Shown piece after piece: positions 1 through 7,376 of a stretch of DNA of 24,000 nucleotides. Made by a program: the position numbers and the translations under genes. Source of the DNA: Noviherbaspirillum sp. 1P10PC (GTDB taxonomy: Bacteria; Pseudomonadota; Gammaproteobacteria; Burkholderiales; Burkholderiaceae_D); NCBI RefSeq assembly GCF_047237965.1, contig NZ_JBDFLX010000003.1:95801-119800 (forward strand), written 5' to 3'. Every line of letters starts with the position of its first letter. The first letter of the stretch is position 1. Below the pieces are notes generated by a model that worked only from the letters and a program-made list of their open reading frames with translations, searched no databases and was not told where the DNA came from.

Positions 1-162
1 TGGAAACGAACTGCGGCGCTGCGGGGTGCGTCCCATGCCGCCGAAACCGCGCCCGCCGTGGCCCCGACCGCTGGAGCGGCCGCGCTCGTCTTCTAGTTCT
101 CCGGCGTCGCCGACGAAGGCTTGTGGGGTGAATTCCCCGCCAAAGACGGTATCCTGTTTCAT
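1..162 (-). CDS. 5' end of an ORF not in the supplied track, running out of the window. Hypothetical protein starting MKQDTVFGGEFTPQAFVGDAGELEDERGRSSGRGHGGRGFGGMGR
   Basis: ATG at 160-162 (minus) overlaps the TGA of the upstream PLP-enzyme ORF (ATGA at 159-162). AAGGAG lies 6 nt upstream. My hand translation stays open to position 1. Confidence 0.4.
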   Translation of the reverse strand, partial: MKQDTVFGGEFTPQAFVGDAGELEDERGRSSGRGHGGRGFGGMGRTPQRRSSFP

Positions 163-1295
163 CTTGAGCTCCTTGATGGGAATGGGGTGGCCGCCATGCA
201 GTAGTGACCGGTTCTTGCTTCGGCCGTGGCTCGGGTTTCATTGACCGCTTGCGCCAGCGCGCGGCCGGCGGCATCGATGTGGGCGACGTGGTGGCGCGCG
301 CAAAGCAGGAAAGTCAGCAATCGGCTGACGCCGTCGCAGGCCAGCGTCACGATGGCGCGCACACCGCGTCGCATCAGGCCCTGCTGCAGCGCCATCGCGC
401 TTTGGCCCGGGGCGTGGAAGGATTGCACCGGGAAGGGCAAGCGGCCCACCGGCATCAAGCCGGAACCTGTAGCCCATGCCTGCAATCGTTGCGCCAGCAG
501 GCACAGCGTTTGCCGCAGCGCTTCGCCATGCAGCCGGTTGATGTCCAGCGCCCGCCGTGCAGCTTGGATTGCGACAGCCGAGGGTGGGCTGCAATGCACC
601 AGGGTAGCGGACTGCGCGCGCCATTGCCGGATGAATTCAAAGTCGCCCGCCAGCACCGCCAGCGGCGCGCCAAATGCCTTGGCCAGCGAAGCGCCGGACA
701 ATATCCGCGGACCGCTTAAGCCATGCCAGCACAGGCTGCCGCCGCCATTCCGGCCCAGCGGATGCAGCGCATCGGCATCACCGCCGAGGATGCCGATAGC
801 CTGGGTGTCGTCCAGCACCAGGAAGCCGTCATGGCGGGCGGCGACCTGCGCATAAAGCGGCAAGGGCGCGATCGTGCCGCAGCCGGGACAGTAGCCATCG
901 CACACGATCACCGGGCGCCGTCCCTTGCGTTGTGCGACGGCGGCCAAGTCGGCAAGCTGGCCGGCATCCTGGTGCGGAAAGCAACAGAACGCGGCGCCGC
1001 GCACCGAGGCACATTGCGCCCCCCAGCGGGCAATAGGATAAGCGGCGGCGTCAACCAGGAAGGTTGTGTCCCGGCCCGCCAGCCTGCAGAACAGTTCGAG
1101 GAATAGGTGCAGCGTGGATGGCAGCAGCAGGGCTGCGCCGGTACTCTGCAGCCCGGCCAGCCGCGGCGCGAGATCCGTGGCTCCCGGCGGCTCCTCTAGC
1201 GCTGCCGGCCGCCCGAGGGAGAGTGCCGGCCACGGGCCGAGTTCGGCGCTGCCATGGCGCATGCCCAAGTAGAGCGCGGATGTAAAGTCCAGCAT
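159..1295 (-). CDS. PLP-dependent enzyme of the class I/II aminotransferase fold, alpha-oxoamine synthase-like (BioF/Kbl/SPT branch), divergent
   Basis: 378-aa ORF. SGASLAKAFGAP resembles the PLP-lysine motif (T/S-L-x-K-x-x-G). LVLDDTQAIGILG aligns with the D-D/E-A/S-H-x-x-G motif. GAGG lies 7-10 nt upstream of the ATG. Confidence 0.7.
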   Translation of the reverse strand: MLDFTSALYLGMRHGSAELGPWPALSLGRPAALEEPPGATDLAPRLAGLQSTGAALLLPSTLHLFLELFCRLAGRDTTFLVDAAAYPIARWGAQCASVRGAAFCCFPHQDAGQLADLAAVAQRKGRRPVIVCDGYCPGCGTIAPLPLYAQVAARHDGFLVLDDTQAIGILGGDADALHPLGRNGGGSLCWHGLSGPRILSGASLAKAFGAPLAVLAGDFEFIRQWRAQSATLVHCSPPSAVAIQAARRALDINRLHGEALRQTLCLLAQRLQAWATGSGLMPVGRLPFPVQSFHAPGQSAMALQQGLMRRGVRAIVTLACDGVSRLLTFLLCARHHVAHIDAAGRALAQAVNETRATAEARTGHYCMAATPFPSRSSR

Positions 1296-1327
1296 CGCTG
1301 CCTCGCCGTCTGGTCGCTAACCTGTGC

Positions 1328-3532
1328 TCACACCATCCGCTGTGCTGCTAGCCTCTGGCGCAGCAGGGTGGAAGGCAGGGTCGCATTGACCCGGGCATTG
1401 TTGTCGGCCGCGGACAAATCCACGCCGGACACTGCGCGGTAAGCATGCACGTAGCCCTGTACCTCGGGCCGCCAGAAGCGGGCCCAGTTCGCGCCTTGGG
1501 CAGCGTCATGCACACCGGCCCAGTTGCCGTATCGGATGCTGAGCAGCAATTGCTCGCCGAACACCCCTAGGTCGCGGAAGTTAAGCACATTGGTATCGCT
1601 CCAGCCCTGCATCCGCTTCATGGCGTCGACCCGGTCCATCCAGGGTTCGGGATAGGCAACCATCACCCTGGTCGGCAGGAATTCCCGGAATTCCGGCCGC
1701 GCCAGCAGCCATTGCTGCATCAGCATCTCGATGCGCGACGTGGATGGCAGGTCGCCGAACTGGTTGTGCGCGCCCTCGGCCAGGATCAGGTGGACCTCCT
1801 TGAGTGCGTTGAGCACCGGGAAGCCGTCAGCCACGATGGTGGTGTTGTCATCCTGGCGGTAGAACTGAATGGTGCGGTATAGCAGGTTATGGAAAGATTC
1901 CAGGAATTTTGAGCGGGCGTCGGCTGCCTGCATCTCGCCAATGGCGCGGCCTTCCAGCCGCAGGCCGTATTCATGGTTGTATTCATAATTGCGGCGCACT
2001 ACGCTTAGACGATGCTGTTCGTCCTGCACAAAGGCCCAGAGCAGGTTGTTGAGCGGGCGCAGGGGATCGACCTCGAAATTGGCCAGCGGGTCGAGGCGGC
2101 TGCTGGTGACACGCACATTCTGGAAGCGTCGGGTTACTGCGTTCAGGGTCTGCACCAGCATGCCTTCCTCGTGCCAGTAGGACCAGATCAGCTCCATCAT
2201 GCAAGGCGCCGCCAGTTTGCTGCGCAGGATGCCGGTGCAATCCTGGTACTGCCGTGGCGGCAGCTGATCCGGATCGTCGAACAGGCGGGTCTTGATGCTG
2301 ACGTCCTTGAGCTTTTCCCTTATCAGCGCGAGGTAGGGCAAGACATAGTCTTCGGTGCCATTGACCTGCTGGAGATATTCCTGCCAGAAGCGAGGCAGCT
2401 CGGGCGACAGACCGACCTTGCGCAACATGTATTCCCGGTCCTCTTCGGTGAAAGGAAATTCTTCCAGTAGCACACCGCAATTGACCATGACGAAAGCTTC
2501 GGTGGCAATCTTCAGCACGCGGTAGGCATCGGCATCGGTATAAGGCAGGTAGCGGCGCTTGGCCAGCTGGTGAAAGTTATGCACCAGCTCGGGAGCTGGG
2601 ACGAGCGGCTGTCGACGCAAGTCCGCGGCACCGCACAACAGATGATTCATGAAACGTTCATAGTTGTTGTAGCACATCGCATTGGTGCTGTTGCGGATCA
2701 CCAACCATAACGGCAGGTCTTTGGTCGGCTCGGCGCCAGTGCGGCGCAGAGTGACCGAGATATCGCCGCCGACGCGCCGCACGTGCTCATGGGCGGCATT
2801 CTCCATCCTGTACATAAGGCTGGTGCCGTCCGGGGACTCGCCGGTAATATGCATGACATTGGTGCCGGCTTTGGAATAGTTGGCCAAATACTCCAGCTGG
2901 CGCAAGGTCGCCCTGTTTCCGCCGGAAAAAGCAATACCATTGCCACCATCATGGCCGTCGGCGTCGCCCTCGGTCACAAGCTCGCGTGGCTCACCTTGCA
3001 ACTGGGCGCTCCCTGGGTTTATCGTCAGTGCTAATTTGCCCAGCGATTTACGATGGCTGATCCGGAGGATGAACGACTTTCCTGATTGCAGATTACTGCA
3101 TGGAAGCAGTTCGCATTGGTCATTAACTACCAGGGTATCGACTCTGAAGCCGGTATGCATCGTCAGCGTCAGGGCTTCGCAGCCGTCGCGTTGCAGCTTG
3201 ACGTACTCACTGTCCTGACTGCATACCTCGTATTCATTAACCGAAGCACAGGCGCTATAGACACCGGACTGCAAGTGATGGAATTCTACGCAACCATCAT
3301 CTTCGGTATTGCGTTCGTCAACTTGTATCCTTGTCAGGACTGCCTGTTCGGACGGGGGGCGGCCGGAACGCTTCGGCAACTGGGTATCGGTTTGGCCTGG
3401 CCCGTGGGCGGCGTCTGGTCTTTCGATCAGAAATATCCGCACATGGGCCCTAATGCGCACATTGGCATCGCCGCCGTCCCGCACGCAGACCTTCAGGGTG
3501 GCACCGTCATGGCCAACTGTATCCGTGTTCAT
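1328..3532 (-). CDS. Large hypothetical protein (734 aa): N-terminal beta-rich region plus a C-terminal helical domain of about 460 aa
   Basis: Uninterrupted 734-aa ORF with GAGGAG about 5 nt upstream of the ATG. TLKVCVRDGG...VRIF and DDGCVEFHHLQSGVYSA resemble a carboxypeptidase-regulatory/prealbumin-like beta-sandwich. The C-terminal part (ELIWSYWHEEGMLVQTLNAV and surrounding sequence) is not a family I can name. Confidence 0.8.
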   Translation of the reverse strand: MNTDTVGHDGATLKVCVRDGGDANVRIRAHVRIFLIERPDAAHGPGQTDTQLPKRSGRPPSEQAVLTRIQVDERNTEDDGCVEFHHLQSGVYSACASVNEYEVCSQDSEYVKLQRDGCEALTLTMHTGFRVDTLVVNDQCELLPCSNLQSGKSFILRISHRKSLGKLALTINPGSAQLQGEPRELVTEGDADGHDGGNGIAFSGGNRATLRQLEYLANYSKAGTNVMHITGESPDGTSLMYRMENAAHEHVRRVGGDISVTLRRTGAEPTKDLPLWLVIRNSTNAMCYNNYERFMNHLLCGAADLRRQPLVPAPELVHNFHQLAKRRYLPYTDADAYRVLKIATEAFVMVNCGVLLEEFPFTEEDREYMLRKVGLSPELPRFWQEYLQQVNGTEDYVLPYLALIREKLKDVSIKTRLFDDPDQLPPRQYQDCTGILRSKLAAPCMMELIWSYWHEEGMLVQTLNAVTRRFQNVRVTSSRLDPLANFEVDPLRPLNNLLWAFVQDEQHRLSVVRRNYEYNHEYGLRLEGRAIGEMQAADARSKFLESFHNLLYRTIQFYRQDDNTTIVADGFPVLNALKEVHLILAEGAHNQFGDLPSTSRIEMLMQQWLLARPEFREFLPTRVMVAYPEPWMDRVDAMKRMQGWSDTNVLNFRDLGVFGEQLLLSIRYGNWAGVHDAAQGANWARFWRPEVQGYVHAYRAVSGVDLSAADNNARVNATLPSTLLRQRLAAQRMV

Positions 3533-3573
3533 CTTGCTCTCCTCAATAAACGTTCAAAGGTTTGTTGATCGGT

Positions 3574-4893
3574 TCACGCCGCGATCCGCATCGCATTGGC
3601 CAAGCCGCTGGTACCTACCACTGCGCAAGCGGAAGACATTTCGAAGGTGCTGCGCAGCGCCCAGTAACCGAGCAGACGGGCCACGATTTCGCTTTCATCT
3701 TCCGGCCCCAGCAGTCCGTTGGCACGGGCCTGTCCCAGGACGGCAAACACCAGGGTCGGCGAAGCCCGATACATCCCGCCGGGATCGCGGTTCCATGCGG
3801 CGAACCGGGCAACAAGCTGTGCTGGCTGCCGCTTTTCAACTTCCAGCACCTCGGCCAGGGTGCGTCCAGCCAGGAGCCTCGGGCGATGGTTGACGAGGAG
3901 CGCGACAAAGCCCGGCAGGCTGGCATCCAGACACGCGAAAATTTCTTGCCGCTCCGGATCCAGGCCGTCGCGCGGATACAGTGTTTCCCAAAGCGCCGCC
4001 AGCTGCGCCCATTGCGGATGCGGATAGAGTGCATCGCCGATAGCGCAGGACAGGCGTACCCGGAACCACGGGACGGGGTGGGGGTCGTCGGTCGACAACC
4101 GGAACACGAAGGGCCGCGGCAGGCTGACCACGCCGATCAGGCCATAGGTCGAGCCGATGCCGACCCGGGCCACCGACCAGAAGTCGGCGACGATCTCGGA
4201 AATCCAGCGCTCCCACAACATCCAGGCCTGGCGTTCGCCGGAAGCGCCGCGCTGCATGCCGCGCAGCACCGGCCGCAGCGAGGCCACCAGGTCCAAGAGC
4301 GCGGCAGCCTGGTGACCTACCTCGTGCACCAGCGAGGAAGCGATGCCGCTTCCTACCATGCGCTCGCGCGGCACCCGGATGATAGATACCGGGTTGGCGC
4401 CGCCGCCCGGCAGCCGGGTGCGGGCGCGGCGGATGGCGGCGCCGACACCGCGGTCGAGGTAGCAGATGATGGGCGGTACTTCGTAATAACGTCCTGGCAG
4501 GGCCAGGGCATCGGCGCACAGGATGTCCAGGCCCGACATCCACACCCCGACCTCATGCTCGCTGCGCTGGGTGATGACCGCATTGAACATGTCGAACTGG
4601 GTCAGCACTGCGTTGAACTTCAACCGCAGCAGGGAAAAGCGGCGTTGTGCCGCCTCGGCGCCGGCTTCCTGGCCGGGGCCGCGCAGCCAGTCCAGGAAAC
4701 CCTGCACCATCCCGCGCAGCTCATGGCGCCCGGCGACCAGGTAGCGCTCTATGCCGACCTGGGCACGCGGCAGTAGAGCGGCAGCCGGCACCATGGTTTC
4801 GTGCAGCGCGAAGGGTCGCACCCGGGACAACCGGGACAGCAGTGCCCGTGCCTCATGCTCCAGCATGCGCGCGGCGAGGGGGTGCATGGCCAT
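3574..4893 (-). CDS. Putative zinc metallopeptidase-like protein (HExxH)
   Basis: 439-aa ORF. HEVGH is encoded at 4312-4326 (cac gag gta ggt cac on the minus strand). The start lies 6 nt after the stop of the upstream 457-aa ORF. No signal peptide is obvious. Confidence 0.7.
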   Translation of the reverse strand: MAMHPLAARMLEHEARALLSRLSRVRPFALHETMVPAAALLPRAQVGIERYLVAGRHELRGMVQGFLDWLRGPGQEAGAEAAQRRFSLLRLKFNAVLTQFDMFNAVITQRSEHEVGVWMSGLDILCADALALPGRYYEVPPIICYLDRGVGAAIRRARTRLPGGGANPVSIIRVPRERMVGSGIASSLVHEVGHQAAALLDLVASLRPVLRGMQRGASGERQAWMLWERWISEIVADFWSVARVGIGSTYGLIGVVSLPRPFVFRLSTDDPHPVPWFRVRLSCAIGDALYPHPQWAQLAALWETLYPRDGLDPERQEIFACLDASLPGFVALLVNHRPRLLAGRTLAEVLEVEKRQPAQLVARFAAWNRDPGGMYRASPTLVFAVLGQARANGLLGPEDESEIVARLLGYWALRSTFEMSSACAVVGTSGLANAMRIAA

Positions 4894-4899
4894 GATGGA

Positions 4900-6273
4900 T
4901 CAAGCCCCCAGCAGCACGATGACCTTGCCCTTGCGCACCCAGCGGCCGGTGTTGCGGCGCGGACCTGCGCCCATCCCCTGTTGCTGCATCATGCCGCCTT
5001 GGCCGGGCACGGCTGGCATCTGCTGCCCGCCGCTGGCCAAGGCTGGTGCCAGCTTTTGCGCGGCGCTGATTAGGGCGCGCTGGGCAGTGGTCATCGGATC
5101 GCCGCCGGGAGAGGCAGCGGCATTCTTAACGGTTTGCGCAGCCAGCTTCACGAACTGCTTGGCGCCCTCGAATTCCCGGTCCTCGTAGGAAAGGGACTCG
5201 GCTTCCAGTCCGAGCGCCTTGCCGGCAGCATTGGCTAGGCCCGAACCGATCTTCGCGCCCAGTGGCCCGCCGACATAGCCGCCCAGGGCTGCGCCCGCCA
5301 TCGGCAGCACCTTGCCCGCAGTACTCTTCAATACCGAACCAAGCGCCTGCCCGATGGGCGAGCGGATCGCGGTGCCGGCGACCCGGCCGACAGTCTTGAT
5401 CAGGTCGCCCAGGAATTGCTCCAGGTCGGCCTCGTTGTTCACGTTGAGCAGTTCGGCAGCCATTTCTAGCTGCTCGGCTTCGCCAAGCACTTCACCTTCG
5501 GCTTCGCCGCCCCATTCACTCTGGCCGAATTCGCCGAATTGGCCGAATGCTTCCTGCTGGCCAAACTCTCCCTGCTGGCCGAATTCACCGAACTGGCCGA
5601 ATGCTTCCTGCTGGCCGAATTCCAGCGAGGTGCGATCGATGTCGTGCATGATGATCTCCTTAGAAAGTGGCGCGCTGTTGCGCCGGGCGATCCTTGCCGG
5701 ATCAGTGGGGGATGAAGAAAACGCGTCGGTGCTGCTGCGGGCACAGGGATGGCCATGCTTCAGCAGCAATCCGGGTGCGTGCTCGGTGCTTGCGGCACAG
5801 AGCGCATGGCGCGCGACGGGGACGGGAAACGGCGCTGCCGACGTCGATGCCAGCTCATGTGCAGCGGCGGCCGCCAGCCTCACGAATGCCTTGGCTGCCT
5901 CGAATTCTTGGTCTTCCGGGCTGAGGCCCTCCAGTTCAAGACCAAATACTTCGCCTGACAGCAGAGTGGCCGAAGGGCTCGCTGTTCCGGAGTTGACCAG
6001 GAAAGGCAAGGTGGCGACTGCCGCCTCTTGCAGCAGTTCGCCCAAGGCATGTGCTCCTAGCGCAGTTCCCATCCCCAGGCGTTTGAACAGGGTACAGAGG
6101 AAGCGCTTCAGTCCTTCGCCGCCGCTTTCCATCAATATCGTGGCCAGTTCTGTTTCCTCGGCATCGTCCAGGATGCCGGGGGCTTCCAGTTCTGTCCCGA
6201 AGGCTCCCGTGCCGAAAGCATCCCGGTACAGAGCATCGGTTTCCGGATTGAATTTGACTAGCGGGCTTTCCAT
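4900..6273 (-). CDS. Internally duplicated acidic-repeat / glycine-zipper protein (457 aa; halves aa 1-208 and 209-457)
   Basis: GAGGAAG lies 5 nt upstream of ATG 6273. Both halves share E-rich helix, FL/FLG, Gly-rich segment and GLE-x-E-x-LS-x-ED-x-EFE-x-AK-x-FV-x-LA motifs. The second half contains AGAALGGYVGGPLGAKIGSGLANAAGKALG (GxxxG ladder) and ends GRWVRKGKVIVLLGA. An internal AAGGAG plus ATG sits at 5647-5649. Confidence 0.7.
   Translation of the reverse strand: MESPLVKFNPETDALYRDAFGTGAFGTELEAPGILDDAEETELATILMESGGEGLKRFLCTLFKRLGMGTALGAHALGELLQEAAVATLPFLVNSGTASPSATLLSGEVFGLELEGLSPEDQEFEAAKAFVRLAAAAAHELASTSAAPFPVPVARHALCAASTEHAPGLLLKHGHPCARSSTDAFSSSPTDPARIARRNSAPLSKEIIMHDIDRTSLEFGQQEAFGQFGEFGQQGEFGQQEAFGQFGEFGQSEWGGEAEGEVLGEAEQLEMAAELLNVNNEADLEQFLGDLIKTVGRVAGTAIRSPIGQALGSVLKSTAGKVLPMAGAALGGYVGGPLGAKIGSGLANAAGKALGLEAESLSYEDREFEGAKQFVKLAAQTVKNAAASPGGDPMTTAQRALISAAQKLAPALASGGQQMPAVPGQGGMMQQQGMGAGPRRNTGRWVRKGKVIVLLGA
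5523..5622 (-). repeat. 54-bp tandem repeat (about 1.9 copies) encoding EFGQQEAFGQFGEFGQQG / EFGQQEAFGQFGEFGQSE
   Basis: GGCCGAATTC(G/A)CCGAA(T/C)TGGCCGAATGCTTCCTGCTGGCC occurs at 5523 and again at 5577 (period 54 nt, 18 codons). GAATTC starts a partial third copy. Confidence 0.85.
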
Positions 6274-6392
6274 GCAACTTCCTCGGCAATTTTAGGATTT
6301 TTGCCGGCTTGCTGCTGCCGGCTATGCCCTTGCATTCGCAAGCGGCGTGCCAGCCTGATTAGGTGTTTTTGACGGGAAAGTGGAAGGCACGA

Positions 6393-6450
6393 GCGAAGTT
6401 GGCTTCGCTTTTCAGCGCGAACGGCCGAGGAAATGCGAAGCTGGCTTCGC
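6393..6450. repeat. Two copies of a 16-nt palindrome, GCGAAG(T/C)TGGCTTCGC, 42 nt apart
   Basis: Copies at 6393-6408 (followed by TTTT) and 6435-6450. Each can form a 6-bp stem with a 4-nt loop. They lie between the operon start (6273) and the IS6 transposase gene. Confidence 0.6.
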
Positions 6451-6547
6451 ATGTGACGAACAGTTGTTTTGTCGCATTAAGCGAGGTGGCCCCCGCCATC
6501 CTGCTGTCTTTGAAGAATGAGCAGGCGGCCGTGCTGAATACCAAGGG

Positions 6548-7219
6548 ATGCGATTTCCGGTCGACGTGATTCTGGTTTGTATTCGCTGGTACGCCGCCTA
6601 CCCCTTGAGCTATCGGCATCTCGAAGAAATAATGCAAGAACGCGGCGTGGTGGTTGACCATTCCTCGATCAATCGCTGGGCGATCCGGTTTCTGCCAGTA
6701 TTGGAAAAAGCCTTCCGAAAGCACAAGCATGCCGTCGGCACCGGCTGGAGGATGGATGAGACCTACATCAGGGTCAACGGCGACTGGAAGTATCTGTATC
6801 GGGCAATCGACAAGCAAGGCCAGACAATCGACTTTCTGTTGACGGCCGAGCGTAATGCAGCTGCCGCTAGGCGCTTCTTCGAGAAAGCCATGCAGCACAA
6901 CACGGTGCCTGACAAGGTTACGATGGACAAGAGCGGCGCCAACCAGGCAGCGCTGGAGCGACTGAACCAGGAACGCGAAGTACCGATTACGATTCGGCAG
7001 GTCAAATATCTCAACAATACTATCGAGCAGGATCACCGCGAGATCAAACGCATCACGCGGCCGATGCTCGGTTTCAAATCATTCCAAGCGGCGCGCGCGA
7101 TCCTGGCCGGCATCGAACTGATGCATATGATTCGCAAAGGCCAGTTCACGCTGAAGCGTGAAGGCATGTCGTCTGCCGACCAATTTTACGCATTGGCAGG
7201 ACAATTCCGCCCGGCGTAG
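6548..7219 (+). CDS. IS6-family DDE transposase
   Basis: 223-aa ORF collinear with IS26/IS6100 transposases: VILVCIRWYAAYPLSYRHLEE, WRMDETYIRV, YLYRAIDKQGQTIDF, MDKSGAN, QVKYLNNTIEQDHREIK. The frame is closed by TGA at 6518-6520, so the N-terminus is a few residues shorter than in IS26/IS6100. Confidence 0.9.
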   Translation: MRFPVDVILVCIRWYAAYPLSYRHLEEIMQERGVVVDHSSINRWAIRFLPVLEKAFRKHKHAVGTGWRMDETYIRVNGDWKYLYRAIDKQGQTIDFLLTAERNAAAARRFFEKAMQHNTVPDKVTMDKSGANQAALERLNQEREVPITIRQVKYLNNTIEQDHREIKRITRPMLGFKSFQAARAILAGIELMHMIRKGQFTLKREGMSSADQFYALAGQFRPA

Positions 7220-7252
7220 GGAGTCGCTGGCAAAATCCGGTACCACTGTGCC

Positions 7253-7376
7253 TTGCCCTCGCTAAGGCGACACAAACTGACATTGCGCACACCCGCCCTG
7301 CTAAGGAACACGCTCCCATTCGGTCGTTGGCATGACACGGAGCCACAGTACACGTGCTAAGCCAGAAATCAGACAT
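7253..7376 (-). pseudogene. Possible 5' remnant of a gene translationally coupled to the upstream antitoxin-like gene and interrupted by the IS6 end
   Basis: ATGTCTGA overlap: the ATG at 7374-7376 shares sequence with the TGA at 7369-7371 of the 149-aa ORF. The frame (MSDFWLSTCTVAPCHANDRMG...) reads without a stop into the IS6 terminal repeat at 7252. The product is not recognisable. Confidence 0.25.

Larger units (their letters stand above)
6386..7252 (+). mobile_element. IS6-family insertion sequence. The right end is well supported; the left end is uncertain (6386 or about 6457).
   Basis: The right terminus, read inward, is GGCACAGTGGTACC (7252 to 7239), which resembles the IS26/IS6 terminal repeat GGCACTGTTGCAAA. 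Left candidates are GGCACGAGCG at 6386 and CGAACAGTTGTTTTG at 6457. Either gives 796-867 bp, within the IS6-family size range. The element contains a single DDE transposase ORF. Confidence 0.7.

Noticed and set aside
204-1285. Numerous plus-strand and alternative-frame ORFs (for example 204-719, 226-855, 723-1106) overlapping the PLP-enzyme gene
   Set aside because: These are typical shadow ORFs of GC-rich DNA: Arg/Ala/Pro/Gly-rich, with no SD and no motifs. The minus-strand 378-aa frame carries recognisable PLP-enzyme motifs.
3562-4776. 404-aa plus-strand ORF antisense to the HExxH gene
   Set aside because: Its composition is low-complexity Arg/Gly/Ala/Pro/Gln-rich. The opposite strand encodes a well-formed protein with HEVGH and operon-consistent spacing.
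5312-6295. 327-aa plus-strand ORF antisense to the duplicated glycine-zipper gene
   Set aside because: It is Ser/Pro/Ala-rich, and its repeats (PNSPNWPNASCW) merely mirror the coding repeat. The minus frame shows paralogue conservation between its halves and has an SD.
6359-7036. 225-aa minus-strand ORF antisense to the IS6 transposase
   Set aside because: The plus-strand frame aligns along its full length with IS6-family transposases. The antisense frame has no recognisable features.
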